Below, in pieces: positions 42,087-52,777 of a stretch of DNA of 64,000 bases. The DNA lies in contig NC_043006.1 in the NCBI RefSeq assembly GCF_006345805.1, positions 85,684,001-85,748,000 on the forward strand, given 5' to 3'. Position 1 is the first letter of the stretch. Each line of letters begins with the position of its first letter. The DNA is from Octopus sinensis (Eukaryota). The notes beneath the pieces are model-generated. The model searched no databases. It was not told the DNA's origin and saw only the letters and a list, made by a program, of their open reading frames with translations. The position numbers and the translations under genes are program-made.

Positions 42087-44020
42087 CATATATATATATG
42101 TATATATATATATAATAAATATTAGGGAATAAATCCAAACTTACAGGGAAAAATCAGATTTAGGATTGAATCCAATTTAATAGTAAAATATTATATTATA
42201 TTAAATTAGAGACAAAACCACTATTATGCAAATCAAACAAAGAAAGACTTAATCCAATACATAAATTAATTTATTTAGAAATTATTAATATCCACTACGA
42301 TCGTTGCATGACTTCTTTTCATTACATCTTTGAGTAGTAGACATTCTTCAGGTGGTTTCAAATCTAAAATATAATCAATATTTTTAAGATATAAATAATC
42401 TATATAATCTAAAATAATAATTTACTTATAATAAACTCTATTATTAAATATGATTGTATCGAAATCGACTATAATGTTAAATATCAACTTTAATTTATAA
42501 GGTAGAAAATCCATATTCTAATATCCATTTTAGTCTATATCTACTTATATAGATATTTGAAATGACTAATATATATAAATTATCAATGAAAAAATATATA
42601 AATATTATAATCAAGATCTAAAATAATCTCTATAAACGATAGTATATAATGAAAACCTAATATATTTAATTTCTCATATTTAAAGATGAAATAGCTAATT
42701 TCAAAATACAAAAAATATATATACATGCTCACGCTCATATATATATATGTATGTATATAAACATATATAAATACGTACACAAACACACACACACACATAT
42801 ATATCTATACATACACATATACATATAGACACAGATATATTTTATAATGCAGCCCTATACTTCTACACATTACTTATGCATACTCGCACACACACACATA
42901 CAATCACTCATTCATAAACGTATACTCTCAGCAAGACACTAACACAGAGGAGAAATAACATCCAGTAGCCGCAGATACTCAACCACATACTTATAGAAAT
43001 ATTCCATTCTTAGTAATATAGTATTAAATAAATACTATAAGTACAATAAACAAAATTATGAATGGGAATAATTATCTAATATAAATTATGCTATTAAATT
43101 AGACATTTTAAAATTTATTTATTTATTTATTTTATATTTTTGTTAAATTTTTGTTATATTTTATTATAATTTAGTTAAATTATAATTTTGTTATATTAAT
43201 CTATTTGTATGTAATCTCTTTATCTTCACGAATATGTGTAACAGGAATTTACTATATCCTTGGTTAACAGTAGAACTACGTTACCTTTCTTGGTTACATT
43301 TCTCCTATTGTAGTTGGAAATGGGGCATGATTCGATATTTATTACCAGGGGACGTGAAATATAATAAGATATCTTCTACTTCTCGAAAGGAACAAAACTT
43401 GACATATATAAATATATATGTCTACGTGTATTTAAATATATATATATATATATGAGTTGGCAGAATTGTTCGAACGCCTGGCAAATAATTCTTAGCACTA
43501 CTTTGTCAAAGTGTATGTACCAACTTCATATTCCGCCTGGGTCGACTTTATACCTTTGTTTCATCAATACAATGTATGTACTATTACATTGTGTTGTCTA
43601 GAAAGGAAACGATTCAATGTATCCATATGAGAGATGGGCAAGTTCTTAACCCATTTAATTGGATATAAAGATGTTTATAATTATGGCCATCGTTTACAAT
43701 TTTTTTAACTACTATTTCTGTAGGTCTTAATCCCCCGAATCAAGATCGAAGAAAACTTTTTAACCACACATAAATAACAAGAAGTATTTGAAATATATCC
43801 TTACACGACAATGAGAATTATTATGTAACACCTCTTCCTTTTCATGATTTAAACATTACATCTTCATGAATACGTGTAGCAGGAGATCACCATGTCCAGT
43901 GGTTAAAAATATGAGTAAAATTACATGTTACAATACCTGGTTACATTTCAACGATTCTAGTAGGGAATGGGGTGTGATTAATTAATTATTTGTCACAAGG
44001 GGACGTGAAATATAAATAGA

Positions 44021-45186
44021 CTAGCAGTATCGCCCGGCGTGGCTCGGGTTTGTAAGGGAAATAACTATATAAGCATTTTTAGAGAGTTATAGCCAAAAAA
44101 TAGCAAAAAAATGCATTAAAAATTGAAAAAAAATTAAGGTAAATTTTTTTTAAAATCGTTGACACATCGTAGATATTTTTAGAGAGTTACTTCCCTTATA
44201 TAAAAGCGAAAAAAATGCATTAAAATGGAAAAATATGATGGTAAATTTTTTTTAAATCGTAGACTCATCGTAGACGCGCGCTAATACCCAGAAGGGCTCG
44301 ATATGAATCACGACTATAAGATACCCGCTTTTGGTTAAACTGCACCGCAAAATGTGGGAGTAGTTACGAATCTAAATCGTAGGAGACAGACACACAACTT
44401 CACTCTTATATAAAGATGCTTTTTTTTTCAGTCATAGAGTTAGATTTATGAAGGTCTTCAGTAGAAAATCCTTCGAATTCTGACTCGCTGCTTGATATAA
44501 TGAAATTCGTATCCATTTTTTGTCAGAATTACAAATTTTGAAAACACAATAGGAACAAATTTCGGAAAAAAATCTCCCATAATTCACGGAATTAAAATTA
44601 CACTTCGATTTTTGTACAAAACTGTATTTGAAGTGTTTACGAAGTGTTTTCACGAATGTACTAAAGATATTTACTCTGAAATTCTCATTTAAATATGAAT
44701 AGGTAAATTCGGGCGGTTTGGTAACGAAAGGATTTATATAAGTGTCGTCTGTTTATACATAAACACTGTTTCATACTTTCAGTTTAGTCTTCCTCAAATC
44801 ACTCTGTCGCTATTTACTCTCTTCCAAGAACATTTTCACTCACTCTTATCTGTTAGCTTGCCATACATTTTACTCATGTATCTATCAGCGTGATAGACAG
44901 AAACAAATATTACATCTAGTTTCACTTTATTCGTTGCACACTGTGTGTGTGCGTTTGCGTGTGCTGTAAACCAGACTAAGAAAAGCATTTGACATACACA
45001 CCAGAATGTGAGTTTTCTGTAAATTTTGCTTAATTGGAGTTTAAATTTTAAAAACTGGACCTGGCAAAACCCGATGCATTCTACTCTTAAAAATGCTAGG
45101 TAAATTGTAATTGAAGAAATCCTATATTGTAGATTTCTATAACTGACAAAGGGAGGCAGATAAAATCTGCCTTTTATAATAAGAGA
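44021..45186 (-). mobile_element. Composite non-autonomous Helitron (two 5' TC ends, one 3' hairpin-CTAG end)
   Basis: 5' ends A|TCTCTTATTATAAAAGG at 45186 and A|TCTTTATATAAGAG at 44416. 3' end CCCG-agccacgc-CGGG..CTAG|T at 44021. Removing it restores the host repeat. Confidence 0.8.
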
Positions 45187-45447
45187 TATCTTCTACATCA
45201 AGAAGGAACGAAACTTGCTAAGGAAGAGATTAAAGTATTGACATGGAAGAGACAAGGTGAACGAAAAGTAGCAGACATAATAAGACGAACAAGGTGAACA
45301 TACGTCGAAGTAATTGTGTAAGGAAGAGAAAGAAGACAGAGACCACTAACACTATGGCCCTAAACTTAAACCTCACCCTAACACACACATAAATATATAC
45401 ACACATGTACACGCGCGCAATATACATGCGGTAAACATACCCGCGTG

Positions 45448-45761
45448 GGGTTGGGGTTGGGGTTGGTTTAGGGTTAGGGTTAAGGGTTAGGGATAGTGTT
45501 ACAGTTAGGGTTAGGGCTAGGGCTAGGGTTAGGGTTAGGGGTTAGTGGTTAGGGTTAGGGTTAAGGGTTAGGGATAGTGTTACGGTTAGGGTTACGGTTC
45601 GGGTAAGGGTTAGGGGTTAGGGGTTAGGGTTAGGGTTAAGGGTTAGGGATAGTGTTACGGTTGGGGTTAGGGTTAGGGTTCGGGTTATGGTTAGGGGTTA
45701 GGGTTAGGGTTAAGGGTTAGGGATAGTGTTAGGGTTAGGGTTAGGGTTAGGGTTCGGGTTC

Positions 45762-45793
<32 letters not shown>
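45448..45793 (+). repeat. Interstitial degenerate (TTAGGG)n tract
   Basis: TTAGGG units with TTCGGG, CTAGGG, TTAAGGG and TTAGGGG variants. Confidence 0.95.
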
Positions 45794-45794
<1 letters not shown>

Positions 45795-48700
45795 CGGAGA
45801 TTGGCGGAATGGCCTTTTGGGAGATTTCCCAATAATGCTGGGTGTTAAAACACCTGGGAGAGAGTGAGATAGAGTGAGATAGGCGGAGATAGAGTGAGAA
45901 AGGCGGAGATAGAGGGAAATAGGCGGAGATAGAGGGAGATAGGCGGAGATAGAGAGATAGGCGGAGATAGAGGGCGATAGGCGGAGATAGAGGGAGATAG
46001 GCGGAGATTGGCGGAATAGCATTTTGGGAGATTTCCCAATAATGCTGGGTGTTAAAACACCTGGGAGAGAGTGAGGTGGAGTGTAATAGGCGGAGATAGA
46101 GTGAGATAGGCGGAGATAGGCGGCGATAGAGGGAGACAGGAGGAGATAGAGGGAGATAGAGAGAGATAGAGTGAGATAGGCGGAGACAGAGTGAGATTGG
46201 CGGAGATTGGCAGAGATTGCCGGAGATTGCCGCAGATAGCCGGACATTGCCGGAGAGCCGGAGATAGGCGGTGATAGGCGGAGGTAGAGTGAGATAAGCG
46301 GAGATAGACTGAGATAGAGTGAGATAAGCGGAGATAGACTGAGATAGAGTGAGGTAGGCGGAGATAGAGTGAGATAGGCGGAGATAGAGTGAGATAGGCA
46401 GAGATAGAGTGAGATAGGCGGAGATAAACGGAGATTGGGTGTGGTAGGCGGAGATAGAGGGAGATAGGCGGAGATTGGTGGAATAGCATTTTGGGAGATT
46501 TCGCAATAATGCAGGTGTGTTAAAACACCTGGGAGAGAGTGATATAGAGTGAGATAGGCGGAGATAGAGTGAGATAGAGTAAAATAGGCGGAGGAAGAGT
46601 GAGATAGACGTAGATAGAGTGAGATAGAGTGAGATAGGTGGAGATTGGCGGAGATTGGCGGAGATTGGTGGAGATTAGCGGAGATTGCCGGAGATATCCG
46701 GAGATTGCCGGAGATAGCCGGAGATAGCTGAGAGTTAGGCGGAGATTGGCGGAATAGCATTTTGGGAGATTTCCCAATAATGCTGGGTGTTAAAACACCT
46801 GGTAGAGAGTGAGATAGAGTGAGATAGGCGGAGATAGAGTAAGATAGGCGGAGATAGGCGCAGATAGAGGGAGGTAGGCGGAGATAAAGAGATAGGCGGA
46901 GATAGAGGGCGATAGGCGGAGATAGAGGGAGATAGGCGGAATAGCATTTTGGGAGATTTCCCAATAATGCTGGGTGTTAAAACACCTGGGAGAGAGTGAG
47001 GTAGAGTGTGATAGGCGGAGATAGAGGGAGATAGGCGGAGATTATCAGAGATTGTCGGAGATTGGCAGAGATTGCCGGAGATTGCCGGAAGTAGCCGGAG
47101 ATTGCTGGAGATAGCCGGAGATTGCCGGAAGTAGCCGGAGATTGCAGGAGATAGGTGGTGATAGGCGGAGTGAGATAAAGTGAGATAGAGTGAGATAGAG
47201 TGAGATAGACGGAGACAGAGTGAGATAGGCGGAGATAGAGGGAGATAGGCGGAGATAGAGGGAGATAGGCGGAGATTGGCGGAATAGCATTTTGGGAGAT
47301 TTCGCAATAATGCTGGTGTATTAAAACACTGGGAGAGAGTTTGATAGGCGGAAATAGAGTGAGATAGAGTGAAATAGGCGGAGGTAGAGTGAGATAGGCG
47401 TAGATAGAGTGAGACAGGCGGAGATAGAGTGAGATAAAATGAGATAGGCGGAGATAGGCAGAGATAGGCGGGGATTGCCGGAGATTGCCGGAGGTAGCCG
47501 GAGATAGACGGAGATAGCCGGAGATAGGTGGAGATAGGTGGAGATAGGTGGAGATAGGTGGAGATAGGCGGAGATAGGCGGAATAGCATTTTGGGAGATT
47601 TCCCAATAATGCTGGGTGTTAAAACACCTGGGAGAGAGGAAGAGAGTGAGTTAGGCGGAGATTGTCGGAGATAGGCGGAGATTGGCGGAATAGCATTTTG
47701 AGAGATTTTGCAATAATGCTGGGTGTTAAAACAACTGGTAGAGAGGGAGATAGGCGGAGATTGGCGGAAGTAGAGGGAGAGAGGCGGAGATTTCCCAACA
47801 ATGCTGGGTGTTAAAACACCTGGGAGAGAGTGAGATAGGCGGAGGTAGAGGGAGAGAGGCAGAGATAGAGGGAGATAGGCGGAGATAGAGTAAGATAGGC
47901 GGAGATAGGCGCAGATAGAGATTGGCGGAGATTGCCAGAGATAGGCGGAGATTGGCGGAATAGCATTTTGGGAGATTTCGCAATAATGCTGGGTGTTAAA
48001 ACACCTGGTAGAGAGGGAGAGAGTGAGATAGGCGGAGATAGGTGGAGATTGGCTTAGATTGGCGGAGATTGGCGGAATAGCATTTTGGGAGATTTCCCAA
48101 ATAATGCTATGTGTTGAAACACGTGGGAGAGAGTGAGATAGAGTGAGATAAGTGGAGATAGGCGGAGATTAATGGAGACTGCCGGAGACTGCGGGAGACT
48201 GCCAGAGACAGGCAGAGACTGCTGGAGACAGCCGGAGACTGCCGGTGATTGCCGGAGATTGCCGGAGATAGGCGGAATAGCATTTTGGGAGATTTTACAA
48301 TAATGCAGGGTGTTAAAACACCTGGGAGAGAGTGAGATAGACAGAGATAGGCGGAATAGCATTTAGTGAGAATTCTCAAGAATGCTGGGTGTTAAAACAC
48401 CTGGGAAAGAGGGAGAGCGTGAGCTAGAGTGAGATAGGCGGAGATAGGTGGAGATAGGCGGAGATAGGTGGAGATAGGCGGAGTTAGTCGGAGTTAGCTG
48501 GAGTTAGCCGGAGATAGCCAGAGATAGCTGGAGATATGCGGAATAGCATTTTGGGAGATTTCCCAATAATGCTATGTGTTGAAACACGTGGGAGAGAGTG
48601 AGATAGAGTGAGATAAGTGGAGATAGGCGGAGATTAATGGAGACTGCCGGAGACTGCGGGAGACTGCCAGAGACAGGCAGAGACTGCTGGAGACAGCCGG

Positions 48701-49170
48701 AGACTGCCGGTGATTGCCGGAGATTGCCGGAGATAGGCGGAATAGCATTTTGGGAGATTTTACAATAATGCAGGGTGTTAAAACACCTGGGAGAGAGTGA
48801 GATAGACAGAGATAGGCGGAATAGCATTTAGTGAGAATTCTCAAGAATGCTGGGTGTTAAAACACCTGGGAAAGAGGGAGAGCGTGAGCTAGAGTGAGAT
48901 AGGCGGAGATAGGTGGAGATAGGCGGAGATAGGTGGAGATAGGCGGAGTTAGTCGGAGTTAGCTGGAGTTAGCCGGAGATAGCCAGAGATAGCTGGAGAT
49001 ATGCGGAATAGCATTTTGGGAGATTTCCCAATAATGCTGGGTGTTATAACACCTAGGTGAGAGTGAGATAGACGAAGATAGACGGAGATAGACGGAGATA
49101 GAGGGAGAGACGGAGAGACGGAGAGAGGGAGATAGACAGAGAGAGCGAGATAGACGGAGAGATAGATCAT
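45794..49170 (+). repeat. GA-rich decamer satellite with recurrent ~58-bp double-hairpin cassette
   Basis: Units GGCGGAGATA, GAGTGAGATA, GAGGGAGATA and GCCGGAGATT. About 16 full cassettes plus one partial. Near-identical 465-bp duplication (48072-48536 vs 48537-49002). Confidence 0.95.
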
Positions 49171-50000
49171 AGAGAAGGAGATATATTCTTGTGTAGCTTT
49201 GTTCTATTTAGGAAAAATTACGTGAGTGTATAAGGCAGTTCTCAAAAATTCAGCTAAACATTCAGTACTGCAAGAAATTTTAACGCTACTGATAATCTTT
49301 CAGCATTGCTGGAAATTCAAGGAAAATTATCAAATGTCTGTCTCACTCACACAGTTTGTTTAAAGTGTCACGACTTACAATGTTGCTTTTATAAATATAT
49401 ATATATATATATAACATTAATATTAGTCACACCCATAGCTACTTGAAGTTATCTACTATTAAAAATAAAAGCAATAACAAGCCCTCTCCTATCAACTAAT
49501 AGTGACAGATCCGTAATGGTCAGATTTTGTTACAAAGTTTTCTGACAAAATATTTCTATTTTCAGTCACCACATATCTTTCTAAAGATACGTTTATTCTT
49601 AAATGTTAAAATACACAAGTTTGATTATACTTATAGAAGGTAGTACAACATGGACTACAGCTCTTCCATGACAGCATGGAATAAATATCGAAATGAAACT
49701 GATAAGATTAATTTTGGAAAACAACATGCAGTAAATGATGACTAACAATAAACTGATTTTATATATATATATATATAGAATATGAGGGGTTTAGTTTGTG
49801 ATCTAAACAAATAGGTATGCTAGATAAGTGCTATAGTTGGCTGACTTGTAGGGTCCAAGATCACAGTTAAAGGCTGGATTTAGAGATCCATTTTAGGGTT
49901 CTGTTATAGCAGGTATATATTAGAGGAAAACTCAAAATCAAGGCAAACGAGTATCTCAAGTCATTTAGAATAATTTAATTAAGGTAAGGTGAATTTCAAA

Positions 50001-50060
50001 TCTTACAGCTGTTTCTGGTTGGTTAGTATGTCTGTGCACTGAGTATTCCATCTTCAGAGA
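50001..50060 (-). ncRNA. Minimal type I hammerhead motif with enlarged loop II
   Basis: Minus strand UCU CUGAAGA UGG-(~29 nt)-CCA GAA ACAGCUGU A AGA. Palindromic stem III, GUA triplet. Confidence 0.6.
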
Positions 50061-50560
50061 CAAGGTATGAATATTTTAAATGGGGAAAACTTACAGTTTA
50101 CAAGGAATAAAATTCACAATTTGTAAGAAATAAAATTCAAAAATAAAAAGTAAAAGTAAGAATATTGGCAGGAGAATACTATTCACAACTCATTTTTTTC
50201 CAGAAGATATTGGTTGGTACTTCCATGAAGGTACTGGTTTTTAGTTAAAATCTCAAGTAATCCAGGCAGTATTTTGGCAGTATTCTGAATGATGTATTCA
50301 TATTATGTTTAGAATATGAAGACATCATTCAGGATACTGCCAAAATACTGCATGGATTTACATGGAATTCTAACTAAAAACCAGTACCTTCATGGAAAAA
50401 CCAACCAACATCCTCTCGAAAAACATGAGTTGTGAACATTCTCCCACCATTATTCTTACTTTTACTCTTTATTCTTCTATATTATTCCTTATAAATTGTG
50501 AATTTTATTCCTTGTAAACTGTAAATTTTCCCCGTTTAAAATATTCATAGCTTGTTTCAG
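50057..50560. repeat. ~500-bp imperfect fold-back (inverted repeat)
   Basis: Arms 50057-50300 and 50315-50560 are reverse complements with substitutions and indels. Confidence 0.9.
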
Positions 50561-51168
50561 ATGTGATATGCAAGAGAGATGACTCCGCTGGTATGGTCAT
50601 GTGTTGCATATGGATGGGGGACAGCTGTGTGAAGAAGAGTCACACCCTAACAGTGGAGTGAATCTGTGAAAGAGGTAAACCCAGGAAGACATGAGATGAG
50701 ATGGTGAAGTATGACCTACGAATGTAGGGCCTCATTGTCAATGACAACTGACCAAGACCTTTGAAGATATGCTGCACTGGAGAAGACCCAGCAAGCCAAG
50801 TGAGATCGTAGTCATGTCCAATGCCAGTGTCACATAACTGGCCCGTTTAAAAGCATTCTTCGATCACCCTTTAATATGCCGTACTTGTGAAGATCTATTG
50901 AACTGAGTGAAATCATAGTCATGGCCAATGCCAGTACTGCCTGACTGGCATGTAAAAAGCACCATTCAAGTGTGGCCAATGCCAGTGTCACCTGACTGGC
51001 TCCCATGCCAGTAGCATGTAAAAATCATGCCCTACACTCTTGAAGTGGTTGGCATTAGGAAGCGCATTCAGCTGTAGAAACCTTGCCAAATCAGATTGGA
51101 GCCTGGTGCAGACTCCAGGCTTGTTAGTCCTTAGTCAGCATGGAAAGCGGACGTTAAACGACGATGAC
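50560..51168 (+). mobile_element. 5'-truncated, decayed RTE LINE (C-terminus and 3' UTR)
   Basis: As 11720-12478. Confidence 0.85.
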
Positions 51169-52203
51169 ATATCACACTGAAATGTAACTGATATATATCA
51201 TTATGAACATCATTGTGTTAGCATTTACTTTTCAGAATTTTGTGTTTTAGTCAGATACCTTTCTTATTGCCACTCTACTTGTTTTAAGAGAGATAATAAT
51301 CTCCCAGTTTATCAAACAGCAAACAGCTCAGGTATGTTTAATGCAGAGAACTGGAAACAAACAACACCAGGTGCCTGAGCCTTTTTACAACAATTGTTCT
51401 ATACACACACACGTGAGTTGTATGAAGAGAGTTCACTACATAACCACAGTTTCAAGTTCTATCTCACTGTGACACCTTGGGCAAGGACTTTCTATGGGAT
51501 GGTAACTTTAAATGCAAGGAATGCAGCAATGAATTTGGCATTCAAGTAGGGGTCACTGAGCTCCCTTTTGTTCATCATTTTCCTTCAGCTAATTGAGAAT
51601 AGGTTCATTGTTAAATAGTGGTAGAAAATGCAATCAACTAAAAATGTTCAGTTAATCAAACATACAAACATGACAGCTAAACAGTAATTACAGCAGCACC
51701 TCCAAGAGTCAATGCTACAAAGTGGTAATACAGCATCAGTTATCACTATGCAGAACAGTCACAGCCAAACGGAATGAAAGCAGAGCAGTTCAGTGCTGAC
51801 ATATCCTTAATTACATCTTAACAAAAGAACAACCCTAGAGCAGACAACAGTTTCTAACAGCCAGCAGTTTTCAGTCAGAATTTTCTTCAACGAGCTATAT
51901 TAACTTACTTAGCAGCTTAGTAATAAGAACAATTCATATACACAGTAATCCCCCGCCATATTGCAGTTCACCTATCATGGTTTATTATTTAAACTTACAT
52001 TGATTCTTCCATGGTGTTGTTTTGCATTTATAACAAAAATATATACAAATTATAAAAATAAAAAAGAAATACAGTACTGTTTATACTTCACAGATTTTCA
52101 CCTATCGCCAGGTGGGGGATCGAATGTAACACCTGCAATAGTCGAGGGGTTACTGTATGCGTGTATGTATGTAAGTGTGTGTATATATGTGTGTGTGTGT
52201 GTG

Positions 52204-52237
<34 letters not shown>

Positions 52238-52399
52238 AAAACACCCACAAGTCTATGTATGTGTCATTTGTGCTAACACAACTAGCAAAGGAAAATGCAA
52301 GGGAACTTCCAAGTCCTATTCTATTTCTGTGTTAGTTTGACTGAGGTGTCAAGCTTCACATAATAACTTATTCAACTGACTGAATAGGCCATTAGGTGA

Positions 52400-52710
52400 A
52401 AACTGAAGTTCCAATCAACACAAATTTTACTATAAATTTGACTACTCTGCCAGAAATTTGGAAACAACATGCTGTACTGCTTGGTATTCACACCAGAAGC
52501 TACAATATGAACATTTCAGTGTGTTTGGACAATGAGAGGATTTGGAAAGAGTTGGATGAGACTAATAGTGATTACGAAGGTAGAGCAGCTCTGAAAAACA
52601 CACTGATGGTTCTGATAAGAAAAGAACTCCTGAATTTGTTAGCGAAATCCAGCATATGATTGACAATGATCCCTCCAAGTCAATTAGATGCATCACCAGG
52701 GACATTCAGC
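52400..52710 (+). mobile_element. Tc1/mariner-superfamily transposase 5' remnant
   Basis: PEIWKQHAVLLGI...WKELDETNSDYEG, a frameshift, then SDKKRTPEFVSEIQHMIDNDPSKSIRCITRD. Resembles the N-terminal HTH region of a transposase family common in octopus (recognised from memory). Confidence 0.55.
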
Positions 52711-52777
52711 CCTCCTTCCTCAGGGTTCCTTTCTCGAGGTAAAATCCAACAAAAAGCAGTAAGGCACTACATGGTGA

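Larger units (their letters stand above)
41330..45430 (+). repeat. Three diverged copies of an old unclassified repeat (41330-41780, 43215-43410, 43855-44020 + 45187-45430)
   Basis: Shared atcttc...aatatgtgtaac...ggacgtgaaatataa..gatatcttctac and aacaaggtg...ccctaa segments. Confidence 0.65.

Noticed and set aside
42360-43200. Hypermutated (RIP- or APOBEC-like) sequence
   Set aside because: Very AT-rich, but no unmutated reference copy in the window to show directional change.
45350-45793. Chromosome fusion site (CCCTAA-like bases before TTAGGG)
   Set aside because: Orientation is the reverse of a head-to-head fusion, and the short ccctaa motifs belong to an old repeat also seen at ~41630.
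45771-48844. Long minus-strand ORFs (397, 284, 238 aa etc.) rich in S/L/P/I/Y
   Set aside because: Translation artefacts of a 10-bp repeat that lacks stops on that strand; start codons are incidental.
45794-49170. CRISPR-like array (regularly spaced palindromic cassettes)
   Set aside because: Spacers are low-complexity decamer repeats of variable length, the context is eukaryotic, and there are no cas genes.
51560-51600. Possible terminal exon LKENDEQKGAQ* on the minus strand
   Set aside because: Too short, and no partner exons were found.
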